Below, in pieces: positions 41,430 through 54,011 of a stretch of 64,000 nt of DNA; the first letter of the stretch is position 1, and the number at the start of each line of letters is the position of its first letter. The stretch is from positions 25,420,001-25,484,000 of the forward strand of contig NC_043022.1 in the NCBI RefSeq assembly GCF_006345805.1, in the 5' to 3' direction. The notes beneath the pieces were generated by a model that saw only the letters and a list, made by a program, of their open reading frames with translations, ran no database searches and was not told where the DNA came from. This stretch comes from Octopus sinensis (lineage: Eukaryota). The translations under genes were made by a program, and so were the position numbers.

Positions 41430-41742
41430 CTTTGTGTAGAAATCGGTATATTAGTGTGTGTGAGAGTGTGTATGTTTGTTTCGGAGTGTTTGTGTCAGTA
41501 CGTGTGTTTGTATTTCAATGTATGAGCGTCGATATTTGTGAGGATATTGCCGGCGGCCATTTTGAATAGCTGTGAAGCCAGCGAACAAGACTTAATTTCA
41601 GATAAGAAAGGAAATACATGTCATCGGACGTCTTAAACTATCAGCTAATAAAAGTCGAAATAATCCCATCAATAAATTATATTATGTGTAGTAATATATA
41701 CAACTATACATGTATGCATTTATACGTGCCTGTATGTATGTT

Positions 41743-41792
<50 letters not shown>

Positions 41793-41925
41793 TGTGTATG
41801 CAAATTACATATGAATATGTGCATATATATACACACACGTACACATCTGTATCAGTATAGGAGTGATGAAAAAGTGTACATACAATTGTATGTTTGAGTT
41901 TAGACTAGTGGATATATATATATAC

Positions 41926-41987
<62 letters not shown>

Positions 41988-42130
41988 GCGTTTAAAGTAT
42001 ACTCATATCATGTATGAATATGAATTTCTATATGTCTAGGTAGTCAACTCCTCAATATATCTTGGAATATACATATTTAATTCTCTGTGTATTTTTGTAT
42101 ATATACACGCAAATACAGATGCAGTTCTGT

Positions 42131-42223
<93 letters not shown>

Positions 42224-42540
42224 GGTATGTGTGTGTGTACGTACGCACATACAAAATTACAGCTAAATATCTAATCACACAACTATTTTAGGAAAAGTAA
42301 CCAATGGCCTTGTGTTTACAATAAATCCATTTACTTAATTTTATACAGTTATGGTGGTATGTTGTAAGATGGTCTTAAGCCAGACTGTCACGGCTGGCTA
42401 AGACCATTTTAGCCAGCCGTGATAGGCCGTGATATGCAGCCCCACATTTGCATTTCTCGGCAAGTATGGGGTTATAAGCCTACAACTGAAAGGGACCAGT
42501 TGTATGCAGTTGAATGTAATCCTCTATTTCTCCTGTTAAT

Positions 42541-42845
42541 CTTGTTTGTTCCTTCTCGAGCTACGCCTGGCTCATAAGGGCCGGTTTTCCCGGTTTCCTT
42601 GGCGTATAGGTTCCCCACCTGCACGGGACGCCGGTCCGTCGTAGGTGAGCTGCAAGATGCAGGAGGAAAGAGTGAGAGAAAAATTGTGGCGAAAGATTCA
42701 GCAGAAGTTCGCCATTACCCTGTGCCGGAACAGCGTGGAGCTTAGGTGTTTTCCCTCATAAACACACACATCGCCCGGTCTGATATTCGAACCCGCGATC
42801 TCTCGACCGCGAGTCCGCTGCTCTAACCACTAGGCCATGTGCCTC
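42541..42845 (-). mobile_element. SINE C1
   Basis: Family C1 motifs. Confidence 0.85.
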
Positions 42846-43195
42846 TACCCTGTTACTCTTGAGGAGGTAATAAGAAACCAAAGCGGTATTATCTTTTTTA
42901 GGTATGGTATATGATGAAAAATGGCTCTTGTGAATATATTCATAATTCCTTGGCGTTCATACCGTGTCGTCCTGGCAGTTAAATTTGTTGATGTGGAAAA
43001 TTGATGAAACATAATGTCGAAGTATCAAAAAGCTATATATCTACACTATTGTAACAATCACCTCATAATCCATTGTCAATTTAGGTTTTTCACATAAATC
43101 ATATTTATAGTGGCCAACCAAATGTCTTGAGGTATCTGCACTTTAGATGAGTTGTTACACTTAAGATGGAGTAATATACCTACGAAAGCTATATT

Positions 43196-43685
43196 AGCTG
43201 GCAGAAACGTTAGCACTCCGGGCGAAATGCTTAGCGGTATTTCGTCTGCCGCTACGTTCTGAGTTCAAATTTCACCGAGGTGGACTTTGCCTTTCATCCT
43301 TTCAGGGTCGTTTAAATAAGTACTAGTTACGCATTGGGGTCGATATAATCGACTTAATCCGTTTGTCTGTCCTTGTTTGTCCCCTCTATGTTTAGCCCCT
43401 TGTGGGTAGTAAAGAAATAGGTATTTCGTCTGCCGCTACGTTCTGAGTTCAAATTCCGCCGAGGTCGACTTTGCCATTCATCCTTTCGGGTTCGATAAAT
43501 TAAGTACCAGTTACGCACTGGGGTCGATATAATCGACTTAATCCGTTTGCCTGTCCTTGTTTTTCCCCTCTATGTTTAGCCCCTTGTGGGTAGTAAAGAA
43601 ATAGGTATTTCGTCTGCCGCTACGTTGTGAGTTCAAATTCCACCGAGGTCGACTTTGCCTTTCATCCTTTCGGGGTCGATTAAAC
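43196..43685 (+). mobile_element. SINE B head-to-tail array, 184-bp period
   Basis: GTATTTCGTCTGCCGCTACG at 43237, 43421, 43605. Confidence 0.9.
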
Positions 43686-45297
43686 AAGTAATGCAAAAGT
43701 GACCATAATGTATTTATAAACTGATGTAGGTCGTTCCAATTGTGCCTATCGAGAGGGTAACCCTCCTTCTATAAATGGGTCATTCCCTAGCATTGCATCC
43801 ACTTCTCGAAACCTCCTCGAAGCCATTTGGGCATGCACTGCCAATTCCTTCACAGCTAATTTCACTTTGTCCCGGTCATCAAACCGTTGTCCATAAAGAC
43901 AGTCTTTATTTAGCCCGGAACAGGTGGAAATAGATCACCAAATCCAGGCTGCATGCTGGTTAGGGGAACACTAATTGGATCTTTTCGGTTTGAAAGGCAG
44001 TTTTATAAAATAATTTCCACTTAACTAAACACTTTTAAACTTCGTATACTGGTAGAATGTGTTTATAAAACATCATCTTTTTCTCTTGGCTTTATTGAGA
44101 AGATTCTATAGTTTGTAAGATATTTGTTGTTGTTTTTCTTCAATTTCTGCAATTTCAACCAATCAATGACGTCTATTGAGGTGAAAACAGTCTGTGCCGT
44201 ATGAACATGTCCCTCGTTTAAGAAACAGATTGGGTTTATTTACATTTCTGAAGAAAAAAGATTCCCTTCCCCCACCCCTAACCCTAATCCTAAAAGAGAT
44301 TGAAATGCAATAGATCGATACTAGAGTCATAATTATGGGTGACAATTTCATATGACACCGCTAGAAAAAACTGCCGTTCAAACCGAAAAGATCCAACTAA
44401 TTTGTCTAATTTATCAATTACCTGATTTGTTGCCCAAGATACGTGCCGTCACACATTATCAAATTCTTTTTCAGTCTCTTTCTGTCAACAGCTTTTTTTC
44501 CTTCTCTTCAGTGTTTCAATGTATCGCCCAATGCTCATGATAACTGCCAAGTTCCAGATAATCGAGGACAATGACCTTTCTGTCATTCAACTCCCCCATC
44601 CCAAACAATCACCATAACCAGGTTTTCCAATCATTGGCTTTTGTATTTCTTCGGCTTAGTAGGTGTGATGCCATTCTATGAACTGATCCTTCGTTTCCAC
44701 TTCACGAAAACCTTTTGCTACGTTTCACCCCCAGCTACCAGCCCAGCATAATATCATTAGTTTCAATTGCTTCAATCGGATCAAAGCAGGTTTCTAACCT
44801 TCCAATTTTAACCATCGGTGCAGCCAATTTGCACACATTTTTTTTTATACTTAAAGCCTTCCACTATCTTCTGTACTGCATTGGAATCATGGTCCAGTCT
44901 TGCAGTAAACTCATGGATTCTGGTTCATCTATCCTGTGGGTATCAGTTCTTCCTATCGCTGGTGTTTTGCATCAGTGGTCCCAATGTGTTTGTTTTCAAT
45001 GCTGGTCTCCTCTTCTTTAGATTTCATATTCCATCTGTGCTCATTGTTAATATTCTCCTGTAAACTAACCTCCTGTGTAGATAATGGATAGCCTTCAACT
45101 CTTTTTCTTCAAGAACTCAATGACGGTACGTTACTTCTGCTTGGAACTCCTTATTTGGATGCAGTGAAGACTCGGAAGGAGAGTTACTATCGAGCTGCTG
45201 ACCAAGAGTTACTCTTCCAACATGTGCAATTTTTACAACCGATGGCAAATGGTAAACAGAAAGAAAAAAAAATGCATTGCTTTCGAAAGTATACTCT
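43686..45297 (-). pseudogene. Near full-length, heavily decayed mariner transposon interrupted by a MITE
   Basis: Minus-strand peptides across frameshifts: RTVIEFL, KYKKMCANW, EVETKDQFIEWHH, DYLELG, DNV*RH, CSLDLVIYFHLFR, GQRFDDRDKVKLAVK; TIR remnants AAGTAATGCA (43686-95) and TGCATTGCTT (45273-82). Confidence 0.75.
43977..44395. mobile_element. GGATC-terminal MITE, copy 2, nested in mariner
   Basis: Same 29-bp TIR; ACTAATT duplicated at 43970-76 and 44396-402. Confidence 0.85.
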
Positions 45298-45298
45298 T

Positions 45299-45708
45299 TA
45301 CTCTCTTTTACTGTTTTACTTGTTTCAGTCATTTGACTGCGGTCATGCTGGAGCACCGCCTTTAATCGAGCAACTCGTCCCCGTGACTTATTCTTTGTAA
45401 GCCCAGTACTTATTCTGTCGGTCTCTTTTGCCGAACCGCTAAGTGACGGGGACATAAACACACCAGCATCGGTTGTCAAGCAATGCTAGGGGGACAAACA
45501 CAAACATGCACGCACACATATACAAGCAGATATATACATATATACGACGGGCTTCTTTCAGTTTCCGTCTACCAAATCCACTCACAAGGCTTTGGTCGGC
45601 ACGAGGTTATAGTAGAAGGCACTTGCCCGAGGTGCCACGAAGTGGGACTGAACCCGGAACCATGTGGTTGGTAAACAAGCTACTTACCACACAGCCACTC
45701 CAGCGCCT
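45299..45708 (-). mobile_element. SINE A full length
   Basis: Family motifs. Confidence 0.85.
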
Positions 45709-45972
45709 ATACACTCCTGTATGTGTATACATATGTTGTGAGTGAGTATGTAATTATGTATGTATATTAGAGAGAGGGGGGGGTGTGCTGAATCAAGAAT
45801 AAATTAGAAATAGACAAAACGTGATGGCATGTGGGACGCAAAGATTAGGAAAGGTAATGAGAGAAGCATACACGGAAGATATACGAAGTAATACTGTGAG
45901 ATAAAGGAACCTATTGGTGGCTGGAGAAGTGAAAGAAGTACATGTAAACAAGTGACACAAAACGAATATATA

Positions 45973-46033
<61 letters not shown>

Positions 46034-46338
46034 ACATCCACTTTGTATATATATATATATCTATATATATATATATATATATACATATATATAATATATA
46101 TTATATACATATATATACATATATATATATATACATATATATACATTATAATATATATACATATATTATATATATACATTATATATATACATATATATAT
46201 ATACATATATATACAATATTATATACATATATTATATATAGATATTATATATACATACACACACACATACACATTATATATATATATACATACATACATT
46301 ATATATATATATATATATAATACACAACTCCACTTTGT

Positions 46339-46372
<34 letters not shown>

Positions 46373-46476
46373 CATATATATACATATATATATATATACA
46401 TATATATATATATGCATATATATACATATATATATATATATAATATAAATATACACCTATCACCAGCCCAACAGTA

Positions 46477-47157
46477 AGGAAAAGGAATAATAGAAATAGG
46501 AAGGTCATCTGGTTTACGCCCCCTTACTCACCCGAGTGGCCTTCAATTATAGGTAAATATTTCCTAGCACTGATAGATAGACATTTTCCAGTTAACCATG
46601 CTTATAGGAAACTCTTCAATAGACACAATTTAAAAATTAGTTTAGTTCACTCAACTACCAATTTTAAAAACATAATCAATCATAACATACAAAAAACACA
46701 AGAAGAAAACAGCTGTTCATGCAGGAATAAAGATTGTGCCCGCTAAATGGAGCTTGCATGTCCAAGACCATCATATATGAAGCTACCGTAAACTCTATAA
46801 CCCCTAAAGACACCGTTTCGACGAAGAAATACGTGGGCCTGACAGAGGGTAATTTCAAGGCCAGGTTCAATAACCACACTTTGAGCTTTAGGCACTGAAC
46901 AAAAGAAAAGCGACACAATTATCCAATCATATTTGGTCTTTAAGAGATAAAGGTGTCGATTATAAAACATACAATGGAAGATTTTGGCAGATGTAACCCT
47001 ACACTAACGGCAGCGGAAGGTGCGGTTTATGCGACATGGAGAGATGGCTTATCTGGAAAAGCAGCTTAGCCCTACCCACATGTCTAAATACAAGGACAGA
47101 GCTTTTCGGATCATGCCCACATGTGACTAAATTTCTGTTACGTTTTTGGTCCCCTAA
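46477..47157 (+). pseudogene. Penelope-like element ORF 3' part (linker plus GIY-YIG endonuclease), frameshifted
   Basis: [108 protein letters not shown]. Confidence 0.85.
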
Positions 47158-47159
47158 AG

Positions 47160-47511
47160 AAAACGGATAGAACATGCTTTCTGTGTTGTCCCAAGAAGAT
47201 TTTATATATTTTTATATATTTTTTATGTATTTTTATATAATTTTTTTGACGAAAAATGCGAGCGATGTATAAGTACGCAGGCAAAGCAGAGTTATAACAG
47301 AGTAATTTCCCTTCATTTTTAACGGTATTTTTTCATAACGTTTTCAAATAGCCAGATAACCGAAGAGATGGTGTTGTGGATTTCACTTCGGCATCTGAAA
47401 CTCAGAGTTTTATCTTGACTACCGAGTAATGTAACATATTGTATAGATAAATTTCCTCTATTTACATAATATTGAGGTCTCTTTCTTTCTTTGTTATCTT
47501 ACCGTTTTATC

Positions 47512-47512
<1 letters not shown>
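47160..47512 (+). mobile_element. PLE 3' UTR / pseudo-LTR
   Basis: Directly follows the endonuclease remnant, ends in (TA)n, contains an HHR motif. Confidence 0.65.
47354..47415 (+). ncRNA. Type-I hammerhead motif, U4C variant
   Basis: AGATAA-CCGAAGA-GATG..CATC-T-GAAA-CTCAGAG-TT-TTATCT; stem I 6 bp, stem III ACTC/GAGT, GUU site. Confidence 0.6.
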
Positions 47513-47554
<42 letters not shown>

Positions 47555-47600
47555 TAGTAGAAATATGTTACAAAAAGAAAATATAAAATGAAAAATATAA

Positions 47601-47644
<44 letters not shown>

Positions 47645-47960
47645 GTAGAAATATGTTACAAAAAGAAAATATAAAATGAAAAATATATATATGTATATAT
47701 ATATATATAATATATATATATATATAAATGCACTTATACGGAAACCTATACAGTTGAAGTCGCATATTATAATCACGGATAATGATGCAAAACAGTTATC
47801 AGATATCAGACTTTGTAGGGTTGAAACGCGTTGAGAATATTACGTTCTCTGCTTAATGTTATCGGCCGACTATTGATTTCCAAAACGGCACCGTCCAAAA
47901 CGTTCGCAGTAACCGGCTTTGCCTGCGAATAGATGCAGATAGAGAAATAGTGTGTGAGCA

Positions 47961-48005
<45 letters not shown>

Positions 48006-48120
48006 GAAGGGTGAGAAATACGGATAGACGGTCGGAAAGAGATGTTAATGAATGTGTGAGGATAGACTTAATTGCATCGATGTTTTAAATTAAATGATTA
48101 TAACAAACAGAAGAGTGTTA

Positions 48121-48242
48121 GCTGTGATACTGGATATCATAATATTTGTTCAACTGGATACTGGATATTGTGAAGTTTGTTGGCTCTGACACTGGATATC
48201 CTAATGTTTGTTGGCTCTGACACTGGATATAGTAATGTTTGT
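48121..48242. repeat. ~31-bp minisatellite, about 4 copies
   Basis: CT(C)TGA(C/T)ACTGGATAT..ATGTTTGTT recurs. Confidence 0.7.
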
Positions 48243-48404
48243 TTCATTACGAACACTAGACGTAGTTTATGGCCGTCGAATTTGATAGAATCGTTAGAGC
48301 CTCGGATAAAATGCTTCGAGGCTCACAATCTCTATGCTCGTGTTCAAATATCACCGAAGCCAACATTGTCTTTCATCCTTTCGAAAAGAAAAAAAAAGTG
48401 TACT

Positions 48405-49228
48405 CAGGCATGGCTGTGTGGTAAGAAGCTTGCATCCCAACCACATGGTTCCGGGTTCAGTCCTACTGCATGGCACTTTGGACAAGTGTCTTCTACTATA
48501 GCCTAGGGTTGACCAAAGCTTTGTCAATGGATTTGGTGAACGGAAACTGAAAGGCGGCGAGCTGGCAGAAACGTTACCACGCCGGGCGAAATGCTTTGCG
48601 GTATTTCGCCTGCCGCTACGTCCTGAGTTCAAATTCCGCCGAGCGCGACTTTGCCTTTCTTGCTTTCGGGGTCGATTAAATAAGTACCAGTTACTCACTG
48701 GGGTCGATATAATCGACTTAATCTGTTTGTCTGTCCTTGTTTGTCCTCTCTGTATTTAGCCCCTTGTGGGTAGTAAAGAAATAAGTATTTCGTCTGCCGC
48801 TACGTTCTGAGATCACATTCCTCTGAGGTCGACTTTGCCTTTCATCCTTTCGGGGTCGATTAGATAAGTACCAGTTACGCACTGGGGTCGATATAATCGA
48901 CTTAATCTCTTTGTCTCCTTGTTTGTCCTCTCTGTGTGTAGCCCCTTGTGGGTAGCAAAGAAATAAGTATTTCGTCTGCCTCTACGTTCTGAGTTCAAAT
49001 TCCGCCGAGGTCGACAAGAAATAAGGAAACTGAAAGAAACTCGTCGTATATATAAGCACACACACACGTGTGTGTGTTTGTCTCCTCATCACTGCTTGAG
49101 AACCGGTGTTGGTATGGTCATGCCCTCGTAACTTAACGGTTTGGCTAACAGACTGATAACATAAGTCCTGGGATCGATTTGTTCGACTAAAATTCCTCAG
49201 GGTGGTGCCCGAGTTAGGTTGCAGTCAA
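48405..49228 (+). mobile_element. SINE A interrupted by a three-unit SINE B array (48553-49024) with TSD
   Basis: GGAAACTGAAA at 48542-52 and 49025-35. Confidence 0.85.
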
Positions 49229-49447
49229 ATGACTGAAACAAGTAAAAGGTACCAGTTCTCACTGTTAAATTTTCCCCCTACACACACACTAACGTACAAA
49301 AATGTCCTGTTGCTTTGCTTTTAGCCTTCTAACTTTAAATCTAGGCATAGACTATTTGTGTCGTAGACCCGGTTTAAAAACCATCACCTAACAACATGAG
49401 TGTCTTTACTAGCGTTAAAGGTCTGGAAAATTTGGTAGTATCTAGAG

Positions 49448-49665
49448 CAGTGTTTTCAAACCTTTTGCTGGAGCGGAACCCCAAGGAAACATTCCACTGG
49501 CTCGAGGAACCCCTGTGCAATAATTTAATAGTCTTATGCACACATATCTGCACAGGAGAATTAAAAATTACTGCCGATTTGAGCAGTTTTGTAACTTCTT
49601 GCGGGACCCCTGGACTGTACTGGCGGAACCCTAAGGTTCCCCGGAACCCTGGTTGAAAACGACTG
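49448..49665. mobile_element. hAT (Charlie/Buster-type) MITE, 218 bp
   Basis: TIRs CAGTGTTTTCAAACC / GGTTGAAAACGACTG; 8-bp TSD ATCTAGAG / GTCTAGAG. Confidence 0.85.
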
Positions 49666-50507
49666 GTCTAGAGGATGATGCGAAACTGGTATAATCTACG
49701 AAATAAAAAAACTGACCTGAGCTCCATGAAACCCTAGAAGTAACACTAGTGGTTTTGAAAAAAAGAAAACAGTGGACAGAACAATGTTTTTGAGAGTTGA
49801 TTATACAATGAGGGTGGACGAGTAGCTGAAGTACTGTGTGACGGGGGTAGGGTGAGAAGAGAAGTGAGTAGCGGACAAGCAGAAGTGACAGGCGGGAGAG
49901 GGGAACAAAAGGTGGGTTTGAGAGATGTTAAACGCAATTGGGAGTGCCCAATGTAGAATAGATGTTTGAAAATTCCAGTGAGTGTGCGGTGTATGTGTAT
50001 ACGAGCAAAAAGTGACAAGCGGTGGGTGTATATGTTAGAGAATGCCAGTGGGGTGTGTATGTGGATGTAAAGAGTAGCTGGTGGGTTGGGGGTGTGGCGT
50101 ACCGGTGTGTGTCATCCTTGATGCTCATCAATAAAATATATCATACTCTATGAAAAGTCTCTCCATGCACCCCACCCCCGAACCGTTCCTTTGAAAGTAT
50201 TGCCTCTACAGAGTGTATTTATCCCTTCAAAGTATATCATAATAATAAATAACATACCAACAACAACTGCAAGAACAGCGAGAACAACAAGAAACAAAGA
50301 GAAGAAGAAAATTAGTAAATAACGCTACAGTTGTTGTGTATGCTTTGGTGTGTATCAACGTAGGTGTTTGATGTGATAGCGCGTGAGTGTCATTTGTAAA
50401 AATGCGTGTATATCGTATGTGTACTAATGCAGGTATATCTATGCGTTTGTGGCGGTATCATTTTGTGCTTGCGTGTATGCGTTTGTTTTGTGTGTACACA
50501 TCATCAG

Positions 50508-50579
50508 ATACATCTTACTTATCATTAAAGCACCAACAATCACCGGAAACCCACCCACACAGACCCCTATTCATCCAGG
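50508..50579 (+). other. Candidate 72-nt internal exon
   Basis: ..CATCAG acceptor, CAGG|GTGAGG donor, length divisible by 3, two open frames; no recognised homology. Confidence 0.25.
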
Positions 50580-51139
50580 GTGAGGAGGCTTGTTCCCGCC
50601 GTAAATATCGATACATCTGACATTTCCGAGGTCAGAAGAAGAGAATGGATCGAATCAGCTAAATAATCACTACATACTTCCAAACAAATTCATAAAAAAA
50701 TATATATATATATATATATACACAGAACGTAATAAAAGAACGCATAAAAAAACCAAAAACCAAAAAACCCACCACAATGTAGAGAGGCGCCCAAGAGAAT
50801 GCAGAATCTCAAAAAAGAGAAAATAGCTTTAGTTATGATACGGTAATAAATAACCAAATAAATGAATAACTGTAGGAATAAATATGTAAATAAGCGTAAA
50901 TATAAATGCGAGAATGATATACAAAAAAAGCAAATTTACCAGTAAATAAAAGAAAAGAACGCAAGCGAAAATGTCGAAAGTGTGTTCTGTTAAAAGGAAA
51001 TATTGTAATGGATGTCAGTGCAATAAATAAATGTATACGGCAGTGAAGAACGCCCTGACCTTTAATTTCTAGCTATCGTACTTCTGTCTAGCTCTCTCTC
51101 TCTCTCCTCTCTCATATAATATGTATGTGTATATTATGG

Positions 51140-51187
<48 letters not shown>

Positions 51188-51282
51188 ATATGTGTGTGTA
51201 AAACCATACGCGCATATATACATAGTCGTACATGTATGTATACTTATGCCTATGTATAGTATGTTTGTGTATGTTTATGTAT

Positions 51283-52090
51283 AGGCATAGCTGTGTCATT
51301 AGAAATTAGTTTGGCTACCACGAGGATTTGGGTTCGATCCTACTATGTGGCATGTTGGACGAATGTCTCCAGCTACAGCCTTTGTTTGACCGATGAATTG
51401 TGAGTGGAATTTTGCTACACTAAAGCTCTGCAGGAGACCGACATGTATGCATGCATACATACAAACATACATACATCAACGCGCACACATATATACACAT
51501 TTGTTTGAGATCACATGCCCGTTAATACGATGTTCAAAACGAATTAATAAGGATTAACCTAACCAGATAGTTCATATTTAACACGAGGTGGGGATATACA
51601 GCATCCAGTATCTATCTGTCTGACTTATTTCTTTAATGCCCACAAGGGGCTAAACATAGAGGGGACAAACAAGGACAGACAAAAGGATTAAGTCGATTAC
51701 ATCGACCCCAGCGCGTAACTGGTACTTAATTTATTGACCCCGAAAGGATGAAAGACAAAGTCGACCTCGGTGGAATATGAACTCAGAACGTAGCGTCAGA
51801 CGAATTACCGCTAAGCATTTCGCCCGTCGTGCTAACGTTTCTGTCTGTCTGTCTGGCTGTCTATCTGTGCTTGTGTAATGAAACAGACCAACACTGGTTC
51901 CGAAGCAGTCGAAGGAAGACACACACACACACAAACAAGACCTACACAGTTTTCTTTTATCAAGACCATTCACAAGGCATTGGTTAGGCTATGGCAGTTG
52001 TAGAAGGTACTTGCCCAATGTGCCACGCAATGGGACTGAAACCGAAGACACGTGGTTTTAAGGCGAGCTTTTTAACCACTCAGTCATGTC
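51283..52090. mobile_element. Degenerate SINE A (+), SINE B (-, 51630-51840), degenerate SINE A (-)
   Basis: Family motifs. Confidence 0.7.
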
Positions 52091-52509
52091 TAGTAGCGAA
52101 TTATTGAAATTGTCATGGAGTCGCACAGAACGCTTATAAGAGATAACTAATGGCGCTGTACGCTCACACATGCATACGCACACACATACTCGCACGCACG
52201 GTATGGCAATTAGTCCAGTCATTAAAGTAAGCTTTTAGTTTCTGTTTGATATAAATAGCGATTTGTCATAAGTTAACTTCATAGGCTGAAAAAAATCACG
52301 GTGTATTTGTCCGCTGATGATGAGGGCTTGGTCGACGAACCGTGAAACATGTTAACGCCATCTTGTTTATTTTTCTGCGCACGAAGAGAACAACAAAAAT
52401 GCATTCCTCTTGCTTAATGATCCATAGCGATAGGTTTAAAAACTGTACTTTAAGTCTCACGTATACACACACACACACACACACATTATATATATATGTA
52501 TATATATAT

Positions 52510-52548
<39 letters not shown>

Positions 52549-52623
52549 CACATACATATATATATATACAACACATATTATAATACATATATGTATACAC
52601 ATATATATACACACACACACAAC

Positions 52624-52655
<32 letters not shown>

Positions 52656-52781
52656 TATATACACATATATATTATATATATATACACATATATATATATA
52701 TATACACATAATATATATATATATATACACATATATATATATAGATATATACCCATATATATATATATATATATAATACAC

Positions 52782-52812
<31 letters not shown>

Positions 52813-52851
52813 TATATATATACACAACATTATATATATCTATATATACAC

Positions 52852-52882
<31 letters not shown>

Positions 52883-53606
52883 TATATTATATATACACAT
52901 ATGTATATATATATACACATATATATATATATATATATATACAAATATATATATTATATATATACCCACATATATATATATATACACCACATATATATAT
53001 ATATATATATACCAACACAATATATATATACATATATGTATACACATATATATATACACACACCACACATATATATATATATATATATATAATATATATA
53101 TATACACACGCATATGTGTTTGTATGCGTGTAACCTATGCTTTTAAGTTACCAAATGTACACGTACCATACACATACACACACACACCACACATCGATGT
53201 TTCTCTATTTTATTTTGCAAATGGTGGCAATCATTTGGGGAAGCTGGAAATAAATAAACCAATGAAATAATGCCATTCTCGACAGCGTTAGTAATATCTA
53301 AAACAAAAGGAAAAGGTGGTAAGAACGCAACCGCCTAAAGCGAAAATTTTTTCTCAAGGGCAAACTGCAGTGAACTGAACTTGAGCATATTTGAACTGAC
53401 CTAAATGTTTGTTTGCGCAAAATACTGCTTTTATGTGCCTACTGCAATATTTAGATCCAGCCTGTCCAGCATCCCATGTAATCAGTTCATATTTTGACAT
53501 TGATTTCCCATGAGAAATCGAAGGCTTTCGCAGTCATTTCAGGATTGTCTCTCTTGCGGTTCACAACGCCGGTGTTAGCAAAATAGCTACAAATGCGTTA
53601 AACGTT

Positions 53607-53620
53607 CCGCTAGATGGCGC
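53607..53620 (+). promoter_or_regulatory. CTCF-like motif
   Basis: CCGCTAGATGGCGC, strong match to the CTCF core in non-repetitive-looking DNA. Confidence 0.35.
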
Positions 53621-54011
53621 AATGAAATGACTGTTTGTGTTTTTAATACTTATTGCTCAAAGCGAGAATGTTTCTCAGCAACAAACCGCAGTGAAAACTG
53701 GTTGTTTTTGGGGTTTTTTTTTTGCCATTCAAATATGTTCGAAAAATATTTGAAGTGATCTTATTGTGTGTCTACTCACAACATGCTTTCACGTGCTAAT
53801 TGCAACACTTAGTTCTAGGCTGCTTGAGAGAAACGTAAATGGGCAGTGAAAGAGTAAAAGGCTATAGATTAGAAGGAGAGACTTGTAAGAGGAGAGGAAG
53901 AGTCGGTGTGTGGGAGCAAGTATAAGAGTGCACCTTCGTTTGGAAACGGGCGTAAGGAATATGGCGTGCGTGCATGTGTGTTAATGCAGAATATATATTA
54001 TATATATATAC

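Noticed and set aside
47820-47860. GAAACGCGTT palindrome
   Set aside because: No CUGANGA core in register
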